Assembly: GCA_001794905.1 (NCBI GenBank)
Contig: MGLW01000032.1
Span: 1 to 21,398 of the forward strand
DNA from: Chlamydiae bacterium RIFCSPHIGHO2_12_FULL_49_11
GTDB lineage: Bacteria > Chlamydiota > Chlamydiia > Chlamydiales > 2-12-FULL-49-11
Reading direction: 5' to 3'
DNA: 21,398 bases
The position numbers were made by a program, and so were the translations under genes. The notes under the pieces are model-generated. The model saw only the letters and a list, made by a program, of their open reading frames with translations, searched no databases and was not told where the DNA came from. Shown here in pieces: positions 1 through 6,990 of this stretch. The first letter of the stretch is position 1. The number at the start of each line of letters is the position of its first letter.

Positions 1-820
1 CGGCAAAAAAACTAAAAGAAGCGACGGCAAGGGCAATCCCGCGGCCGGGCCAGGCGCCCGACAGGGTGAGGGTGGCAATTTGTCCGAGCTCTTTGGCATG
101 TAAAAGCCCCGCAAGGGGGACGCTCCCCTTAAAAATACCGTCCCACATGATGTACGTAGCAAAAGGGATGAGGGTTCCGTAAAAAATAGCACGGCGTGTT
201 TTTCCAGGATGTCCGTCCAGATAGGCGAACAAAGACGGCACCGTTCCCTGATACGCAAAGGAAGTGAATATCACGGGAAGACCCATGAGGGAGGCAAAAA
301 AATTCCCCTCGCCGAGCATGGCGGGAGTGATGTGCCCCGCACCTACCGCGATGAACCAGACCAGGGTTGCGATCAAGCCGACCATGAGGACCGAGTTGAT
401 GCGGCTCGACCACCCCGCACCTCCAAGCGTCACCAGGGAAAATATAAAAGCAAACACCACCATGCCAAGTTCGGAAGGGAAGGAAAACAGCTCGCCGAGG
501 AGCGAGCCACCCGAAGAAATATAGGCAATCATGAGACAATAAAAGAGGAACAGGTAGAGTCCCCAGGTAAAAAAGCGGCCCAAGGGACCCAGAAATTTCC
601 GGGACATCGAAGCGATGTTGACCCCTTCCTTAAAATAGATCAGGATCTCCACAAACAAAAATCCGGTCGCCAGGTTGAAGAGCCAACAGACAAAATAAAT
701 GATGAGGTCGTCGTAGAACGAGCCGCCGGCCGTTGAAATGGGAAGGCCGAGCATTCCCGCCCCGAGAGCCGTTCCTCCCACAATCAGGGCGGCAAGAAAT
801 GTTTTACCAAAGCGGCGCAT
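1..820 (-). CDS. tyrP: Aromatic amino acid permease (TyrP/Mtr, HAAAP family), 3'-truncated by window edge
   Basis: Not in ORF track (no stop within window). Manual translation from ATG 820: MRRFGKTFLAALIVGGTALGAGMLGLPIST...LYLFLFYCLMIAYISSGG...LPVIFTSFAYQGTVPSL...ASFSFFA, open to position 2. GT(A/T)(L/I)GAGML(G/A)LP and LPVIFTSF are TyrP/Mtr hallmarks. Alternative in-frame ATG at 838. Confidence 0.88.
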   Translation of the reverse strand, partial: MRRFGKTFLAALIVGGTALGAGMLGLPISTAGGSFYDDLIIYFVCWLFNLATGFLFVEILIYFKEGVNIASMSRKFLGPLGRFFTWGLYLFLFYCLMIAYISSGGSLLGELFSFPSELGMVVFAFIFSLVTLGGAGWSSRINSVLMVGLIATLVWFIAVGAGHITPAMLGEGNFFASLMGLPVIFTSFAYQGTVPSLFAYLDGHPGKTRRAIFYGTLIPFATYIMWDGIFKGSVPLAGLLHAKELGQIATLTLSGAWPGRGIALAVASFSFFA

Positions 821-891
821 GCAAAAGGATTTTATCATTATGTGCGAAAGAGTTGTACACCTTTTTTCGGTTTTTATTGTAGAATGGCAGC

Positions 892-2100
892 GTGGAACGA
901 AAAGTTTACGCTGCACATGAGCATAATATTTTGCCCGATGCGATCGATAAAGACGCTATCGGAATCATCCGGAAATTAAAACGAAACGGATTTTCCGCCT
1001 ACCTTGTAGGGGGGAGCGTTCGCGATCTGGCGCTTGGCAGGAGTCCGAAAGATTACGATATCTCCACTTCGGCGCGGCCTGAAGAAATCAAAAAACTGTT
1101 TTCCAACTGCATTTTAATCGGCCGTCGTTTTCGCCTTGCCCATATCCACTTCCATAAAAAAGTAGTCGAAGTTTCTACTTTTCGCAAAGGGGACAATGAA
1201 GACGCTTCTCTGATCGTGACCGACAACACATGGGGAACCGAGGAAGAGGACGTAATACGGCGTGATTTCACCCTCAACGGTCTTTTTTACGACCCCGAAA
1301 CGGAAGAAATCATCGACTATGTGGAAGGGTTTCGTGATCTGAAACGGAACATCCTCGAGACGATCGGCGACCCTTATATCCGTTTCAAACAAGATCCGGT
1401 GCGGATGCTGCGTCTCATCAAATTCCGTGCCCGCTTTGGGTTTGAGGTGGAAAAGCGTACCTATGAGGCTCTTCTCGACCTCCGCGAAGAAATCCATAAA
1501 AGTTCCCCTGCCCGCATCACCGAAGAGGTTGCCAATATTTTGGCGCTCGGTTCGGCCACCACCTTTTTCAAACAATTGAAACATTTCGGTTTCTTTCCCA
1601 TCCTCCTCCCCTACATTTATGAGATGATGGACGGACCGCTTGAGAGCACCGTTTTCGACTTTTTTCATCTCATCGATGAAGAAGTGCTCGTGGGAAACCA
1701 CTCCTTCCCGCGCTCTGTCCTCTTTAGCGCCCTCCTCTTCCCCCTTTTTCACGATAATTTGCAGAAAGAAATCAAAACCAGGGAAATTTTGCCCCATTTG
1801 GGAGAGATTCAAGATAAGGCGCATGAGTTTGTACGCCAAGCCACAAGACCTGTCATCATTCTCTCAAAGAAGCTCGTATTTGAAATCGCCCTCATCCTCT
1901 CTTCCCAATTCCGTTTTACTCCCCTCGATACCAAAAGGCGTGTCCAATATAGAATTCCCCATGCCCGAGAATTTTCCTACTGCATGAAATTCCTCAAGCT
2001 GCGCAGCCAAATTGAACCTGCCCTAGGCGAGGTATTCGACACATGGAACTATTACTATCAGAAAAAACGGACAAGGCAGCCCCAACATGACTCCAAGTGA
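892..2100 (+). CDS. pcnB: Poly(A) polymerase I (class II nucleotidyltransferase)
   Basis: LVGGSVRD...KDYDIST, RRDFTLN and DPVRMLR motifs; LIGRRFRLAHIHF is the PAP-specific signature that separates PAP from CCA-adding enzymes. GTG start. Confidence 0.93.
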   Translation: MERKVYAAHEHNILPDAIDKDAIGIIRKLKRNGFSAYLVGGSVRDLALGRSPKDYDISTSARPEEIKKLFSNCILIGRRFRLAHIHFHKKVVEVSTFRKGDNEDASLIVTDNTWGTEEEDVIRRDFTLNGLFYDPETEEIIDYVEGFRDLKRNILETIGDPYIRFKQDPVRMLRLIKFRARFGFEVEKRTYEALLDLREEIHKSSPARITEEVANILALGSATTFFKQLKHFGFFPILLPYIYEMMDGPLESTVFDFFHLIDEEVLVGNHSFPRSVLFSALLFPLFHDNLQKEIKTREILPHLGEIQDKAHEFVRQATRPVIILSKKLVFEIALILSSQFRFTPLDTKRRVQYRIPHAREFSYCMKFLKLRSQIEPALGEVFDTWNYYYQKKRTRQPQHDSK

Positions 2101-2761
2101 TCGGTTCGATCTGTACGACATCGAATTTCGCTCCCTCGGCCAGGAAAAAAGCCGCCGCACCGTTTTCTATTTTGCATTATCGGCCCACGACACCCTCACA
2201 ATCCCTTCGATCAATATGGGCGCCCAATATCTCGCAAGTCATGGAGTGCAGGTCATCAGTCCCACGCTCATTTTCCATGAAGAAAACGAAAAGCCGAAAG
2301 ATATCCAGAACTTGTGGAGCCATGAAATTCTTGCCTATGAGAGGCATCAAAACCGGCTGCTAGAAGCCATATCAAAGCTCGCGCGAGAAAGCGAACATGT
2401 GGGATTCATGGGTCTTTCGAGAGGCGGCTTTGTCGCCTCCCACCTCTTTGCAAAATTGCCGAACATCAAAGCCTTAACGGCTTTTGCCCCTTTGACCTTT
2501 CTCCGGAATCAGGATCCATGGAACGTCTCGCTCCTGGATTTTCATAGCCGTCCTGCCCGTTTTTACGTCGGCCATCGCGATACTCTCGTCCATACCGCGC
2601 AGGTCATGGACGCGCACGCGTCCATTGTAGATCGGGATGCAGTCGCGCGGAAAACTTCTTCGTTCGACCTTGTCGTCAAACCGTCGATCGGCATGCAGGG
2701 GCACGGAACCTCTCCCGCAACTTTTCTGGAAGGGGCACAATGGCTTCTCGAGAACCTTTAG
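2087..2761 (+). CDS. Alpha/beta hydrolase (esterase/lipase-like)
   Basis: Nucleophile elbow GLSRGG, candidate acid in GHRDTLV, candidate His in PSIGMQGHGT; overlaps pcnB (14 nt) and lpxB (22 nt). Confidence 0.8.
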   Translation: MTPSDRFDLYDIEFRSLGQEKSRRTVFYFALSAHDTLTIPSINMGAQYLASHGVQVISPTLIFHEENEKPKDIQNLWSHEILAYERHQNRLLEAISKLARESEHVGFMGLSRGGFVASHLFAKLPNIKALTAFAPLTFLRNQDPWNVSLLDFHSRPARFYVGHRDTLVHTAQVMDAHASIVDRDAVARKTSSFDLVVKPSIGMQGHGTSPATFLEGAQWLLENL

Positions 2762-3828
2762 ACATCTGCCTTCTTTTCGGGGAAAAGAGCGGAGAGCTCA
2801 CGGCAAAAAGAATCATCGATGCACTCGGCTCCCGATATCGCATTGCCACCCTCAAGGGCTCCACCATCGAAGAAGTCGAAACGATCCTCCCAGTCTCCGC
2901 CCTCTCGGTGATGGGCGGCTGGGATATGGTACAAAAGCTCCCCACTCTGATTCGAGCAAGGCGCACCCTCGAACGGTTCATTTTGGAGAGGCAGCCCAAA
3001 ATCGTTGTCACGATCGATTTTCCCGACTTTCATTTGGGACTTGTCGCCTCACTCCGTAAAAAGGGATTCCGGGGAAAAATCCTTCACCACGTGTGCCCTT
3101 CGATTTGGGCATGGCGGCCGAAAAGAAAGCGTACCATCGTAGATAATATCGATATCCTTTCATGCGTCCTTCCTTTCGAGCCCGACCTCTTTCAAAACGG
3201 CCCTCCGGAAGCGGTGTTTACCGGCTATCCATCTTCAGAAAGCGGTGATCGAACGGGAGAGCAAAACCACATGCTGCTCTTTCCCGGTTCTCGCGAGGCT
3301 GAAGTTTTGCGCCTCCTTCCACTCTTTGACCGTCTTCTTGACCCTTCCATCGTCATTTCCAAGTGGATTTGTGCCGGCGATGCAACCCTGATTCCTTTGA
3401 TAGAACGCCTCCTTCCCCGCCTTTCCCACTCCTACCAAATTGCCCCGCCCGAGATGCGTTTCAACCTCATGAAGAGCGCCAAATTTGCGCTTGCAAAACT
3501 CGGCACCAACAATCTGGAACTTGCCCTTCACGGGGTGCCGACAGTCACTCTGTATAAGCTTCCCTGGGTGGACACTTTTCTCGCAAACCACATTTTTAAA
3601 ATCCACCTTCCTCATTATTCGATCGTCAATATCCTTGCCGGAAGAGAGCTCTTTCCCGAATTTCTCGGCCCCCTGCTCAAACCGAAAATCGTCGCCGAAA
3701 CCCTTCTCCGTTTTGACCAAGACCATGATTTACGGGAATGGATACGGCGTGATCTGGCCTATCTTACACAAAAACTCCTTGTCACACCCAAGATCACTTT
3801 GCCGGAACTCATCGCGCAAAACATCTAA
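2740..3828 (+). CDS. lpxB: Lipid-A-disaccharide synthase (GT19)
   Basis: GEKSGE (cf. GEASGD), IDFPDFH, VCPSIWAWRPKR, LPFE, LFPGSR, GTNNLELAL..VP, PE(F) motifs of LpxB. Confidence 0.9.
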   Translation: MASREPLDICLLFGEKSGELTAKRIIDALGSRYRIATLKGSTIEEVETILPVSALSVMGGWDMVQKLPTLIRARRTLERFILERQPKIVVTIDFPDFHLGLVASLRKKGFRGKILHHVCPSIWAWRPKRKRTIVDNIDILSCVLPFEPDLFQNGPPEAVFTGYPSSESGDRTGEQNHMLLFPGSREAEVLRLLPLFDRLLDPSIVISKWICAGDATLIPLIERLLPRLSHSYQIAPPEMRFNLMKSAKFALAKLGTNNLELALHGVPTVTLYKLPWVDTFLANHIFKIHLPHYSIVNILAGRELFPEFLGPLLKPKIVAETLLRFDQDHDLREWIRRDLAYLTQKLLVTPKITLPELIAQNI

Positions 3829-3837
3829 AAAACACTG

Positions 3838-3866
3838 TTGCCTTTGAATTTCAAAAACGGTATCCT
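3838..3866 (+). promoter_or_regulatory. Sigma66/70-like promoter for yceD-rpmF-rng-plsB-ptr
   Basis: TTGCCT (3838-3843), 17 nt, TATCCT (3861-3866) in the lpxB-yceD gap, 14 nt before ATG 3881. Confidence 0.55.
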
Positions 3867-3880
3867 TTACCCGGTTTACC

Positions 3881-4261
3881 ATGAATCCGGACACAAAAAT
3901 TATTCTCCGCGACCTGTTTAGAAATGAGGAACGTTCCTTCGATTTCCACATGCCGTTTGACGATGCCATTGACGTGCGTGCATGGGGACGCGCCTACCTG
4001 GCCGAAAATACCCTCATCATCCACCTGAATATCGAATATACCGGGAAAGCCGTGTGCATCATATGCAACGAAAAATTTGAATTTAAAAGCCGCCGTAAGG
4101 AACAATATATCACCGAAGAGGTGGAAAATATTCCTTCAGGTGTCTATAATCTTGAAAACGACATTCGCGATGCGGTTATCCTCGAAACTCCGCGGTACCA
4201 AGAGTGCTGCGATGGAAAGTGCCCTGACCGTACGTTTGTCAAAAAATATTTAAAACCCTAA
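3881..4261 (+). CDS. yceD: DUF177/YceD family protein
   Basis: CxxC (CIIC), 'NLENDIRDAVILETP' and C-terminal Cys cluster; immediately upstream of rpmF as is typical. Confidence 0.82.
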   Translation: MNPDTKIILRDLFRNEERSFDFHMPFDDAIDVRAWGRAYLAENTLIIHLNIEYTGKAVCIICNEKFEFKSRRKEQYITEEVENIPSGVYNLENDIRDAVILETPRYQECCDGKCPDRTFVKKYLKP

Positions 4262-4274
4262 GGAGAACAACACC

Positions 4275-4454
4275 ATGGCAGTACCCCGAGGACGACATTC
4301 CAATGCGCGCAAAAATGCAAAACGGTCTCACCACAGCGAGATTCCAAAGCAAGCGGCAACTTGTAAAAATTGCAAAAACCCCGTTATCCCCCACAGAATG
4401 TGCACAAGTTGCGGCCATTACAAAGGACGATCGTATAAAGTCTCTGAGATTTAA
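4275..4454 (+). CDS. rpmF: 50S ribosomal protein L32 (zinc-binding C+ form), 59 aa
   Basis: Below ORF-track cutoff; manual translation MAVPRGRHSNARKNAKRSHHSEIPKQAATCKNCKNPVIPHRMCTSCGHYKGRSYKVSEI; SD AAGGAG at 4260-4265. Confidence 0.96.
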   Translation: MAVPRGRHSNARKNAKRSHHSEIPKQAATCKNCKNPVIPHRMCTSCGHYKGRSYKVSEI

Positions 4455-4456
4455 GC

Positions 4457-5989
4457 ATGAAAGAGATTTTGATCAATATAGGCGATAAGGAGACGCGTGT
4501 CGCAACCCTCTCCCACCGCAAGCTTAGCGACCTTTCCGTAGAACGGAAAAAGTCGACGATCCTAGCCGGCAATATATACCGCGGCCGCGTGACCAACATT
4601 CTGGAAAATATCCAGTCGGCTTTCATCAATATCGGCGAAGACCAGAACGGATTTGTCCATATTTCCGACATTCTTGAAAACACCCAGAAATTCAAAGAAT
4701 TGTACGACATGGAGTTCGACTGGGATACCGAACCGGAAGAATCGGCAGAAGAAGCCGATATCGCCAAGATCCTCAGGGCCGACCAACTGGTCCTCGTCCA
4801 GGTCGTCAAAGAACCGATCGGTACCAAAGGGGCTCGGCTCACTTCCAACTTGTCCATCCCCGGGCGCTATCTTGTCTTCCTTCCCAACAGCCCTCACCGC
4901 GGCGTGTCCCGTAAAATCACCGACAGAAGTGATCGTGAAAGGCTTAAAAAAATCATCCGCGCTTTTGATCTGCCCGTCAATATGGGACTCATTTGTCGTA
5001 CCGCCAGCGTGCCCGCATCCCCTGACGACCTCATCGAAGAGGCGCGCGAACTTGCCGAACTGTGGATGCAAATCATGGAAAAATTCAACGGTTCCAACCA
5101 CCCCGAATGCATCTACCACGAATCGGATGTGATTAAACGCGCTCTCATGACCGCTCTCGACAAACAGATGGACAGACTTCTCATCGATGACGCATCCTCA
5201 TTCCAGATTCTCACAAACATGTTCGAAAAATACAAAAACAGCAGCAACCTAAGACTCGAATTATACCGCGACAAGATGCCCATGTTCAAGCGGTTTACTG
5301 TGGAAAGGGAAATCGATAAGGCGCTGCAAAGGAAAGTATGGCTCGGCAAGGGAGGATACCTCTTCTTCGATCGTACCGAAGCAATGCACACCATCGACGT
5401 AAACTCGGGAAAAAGCGGCTCTTCCTCCAATCCGAAATCTCTCGAAGAGTCGATCGTACAAATCAACATGGAAGCGGCTGAAGAGATTGCAAGACAAATC
5501 CGCATCCGCAATATCGGCGGCCTCATCATCATCGACTTCATCGACATGCGCACCCGCAAAAACCAAAAAAGGGTGCTTGAAAGGCTGAAAGAAGCACTCA
5601 AAGAAGATGCCATGAAGTGGTCGATTCTCGGCATGAACGAATTCGGCCTGGTCGAAATGACGCGCCAACGAAACCGTCAATCGCTCGAGCAAACCCTCCA
5701 CATGAATTGCCCCTACTGCTGTGGAAACGGAACGATCCGCAGCTTTGAAACCACGGCGATTGATTTGGAAAGGGCATTGCATCACGTAATTGTTGATAAT
5801 GAGCAGTTTGCACTCGATATTTCCGTTCATCCTGCCCTCAACGACTACCTCAATATCGAAATGAAAACCGACCTCATCCGGTTCGCCGAAAATCATTATG
5901 CCAAACTCAACTTCATTCCCAATGACATGCTCCATCTCAATGCATTCAAATTCTATTCGATGCTGAGCGGAGAAGAAATTGAAGTTTGA
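4457..5989 (+). CDS. rng: Ribonuclease G/E family endoribonuclease (RNase G-sized)
   Basis: GNIYRGRV S1 start, KEPIGTKGARLT, IDVNSG, GGLIIIDFIDM, GLVEMTRQR, CPYCCGNG Zn-link. Confidence 0.93.
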   Translation: MKEILINIGDKETRVATLSHRKLSDLSVERKKSTILAGNIYRGRVTNILENIQSAFINIGEDQNGFVHISDILENTQKFKELYDMEFDWDTEPEESAEEADIAKILRADQLVLVQVVKEPIGTKGARLTSNLSIPGRYLVFLPNSPHRGVSRKITDRSDRERLKKIIRAFDLPVNMGLICRTASVPASPDDLIEEARELAELWMQIMEKFNGSNHPECIYHESDVIKRALMTALDKQMDRLLIDDASSFQILTNMFEKYKNSSNLRLELYRDKMPMFKRFTVEREIDKALQRKVWLGKGGYLFFDRTEAMHTIDVNSGKSGSSSNPKSLEESIVQINMEAAEEIARQIRIRNIGGLIIIDFIDMRTRKNQKRVLERLKEALKEDAMKWSILGMNEFGLVEMTRQRNRQSLEQTLHMNCPYCCGNGTIRSFETTAIDLERALHHVIVDNEQFALDISVHPALNDYLNIEMKTDLIRFAENHYAKLNFIPNDMLHLNAFKFYSMLSGEEIEV

Positions 5990-6980
5990 CGACTTTACTG
6001 CAGGGTTTGCGGATGCATTGGCCGGTATTCCCGAAATCCATCTCAAACCGGTTGAGAGTTTCTTGCATGCCTACTTTGAAATTCTGGTAAAAAAAGGGTT
6101 CGATCTTCCCTCGTACCAAAAAATCCTCTCCACTTTTTTTGAAACGGTGGGAAGACAAATTGAAAACCCATACCCTTTCAGCCCTCATCACCTTGCCCTT
6201 CGCACCCCCGTCGACTATTACACATTAGGCCAGGAATTTTTCCGACCCCTTGTCCAATTTGAAAAATCAACCCTCTCCGGCCGGGCACACTTACATACGA
6301 TCGACCGGCTGGTGGAAAGCGGAGAAAATGTGATCCTCCTTGCCAACCATCAGATCGAAGCCGACCCGCAAATGATCAGCCTCATGATCGAGAAAGTAAC
6401 GCCGCGCCTGGCTCCGAATCTCACCTTTGTCGCCGGAGAGCGCGTCGTCACCGACCCCCTTGCCGTCCCCCTCTCCCTCGGACGGAACCTCTTTTGCATT
6501 TATTCCAAAAAGTATTTCGAATACGCCTCAAAAGAAAAAAAAGCGCTCATGATTTCCCATAACCAGCACGTCATCCATGAAATCGGTAAAAATCTCCATG
6601 AAGGAGGATTGTGCTTATATATCGCCTCCAGCGGCGGCCGTGACCGGAAAAATACCCATGGGAAAATTCCCATAGCACCGTTTGATCCCGACAGTATCGC
6701 GCTGATGGAACTCCTCGCAAAAAAGGCAAAGAAGCCGACCCATCTTTTCGGTCTTGCCCTCTACACTTACGAAATTTTGCCGCCGCCCCAGTCGCTGCAG
6801 GTCGAACTGGGCGAGCAGCGCACCACTTCCGAAGCGCCGATACATATCGGATTTTCTCCCGAAATCGATCTTTCCAAGGTTCCCGCCGAAGGATGCACAA
6901 AAGAAGAACTTCGCAGCAGAAAACGCGATTGTGTTTACGAAATTGTCGCAAACATTTACAATGGCTTTTTTATAGAGTGA
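5979..6980 (+). CDS. plsB: Soluble (plastid/chlamydial-type) glycerol-3-phosphate acyltransferase
   Basis: NHQIEADPQ (HX4D), VAGERVVTDPLAVPLSLGRNLFCIYSKK, SGGRDR and LPPP motifs of the plastid ATS1-like GPAT; TTG start overlapping the rng stop. Confidence 0.9.
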   Translation: MKFDDFTAGFADALAGIPEIHLKPVESFLHAYFEILVKKGFDLPSYQKILSTFFETVGRQIENPYPFSPHHLALRTPVDYYTLGQEFFRPLVQFEKSTLSGRAHLHTIDRLVESGENVILLANHQIEADPQMISLMIEKVTPRLAPNLTFVAGERVVTDPLAVPLSLGRNLFCIYSKKYFEYASKEKKALMISHNQHVIHEIGKNLHEGGLCLYIASSGGRDRKNTHGKIPIAPFDPDSIALMELLAKKAKKPTHLFGLALYTYEILPPPQSLQVELGEQRTTSEAPIHIGFSPEIDLSKVPAEGCTKEELRSRKRDCVYEIVANIYNGFFIE

Positions 6981-6990
6981 GGTTTTTTGT

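Noticed and set aside
129-920. Track ORFs 129-539(-), 209-736(+), 264-524(+), 738-920(+)
   Set aside because: Shadow frames of the tyrP-family gene (820 to <1, minus), which has clear family motifs.
892-2100. CCA-adding enzyme
   Set aside because: It carries the PAP-specific LIGRRFRLAHI motif.
4303-4488. 61-aa track ORF
   Set aside because: Out-of-frame shadow of rpmF (4275-4454).
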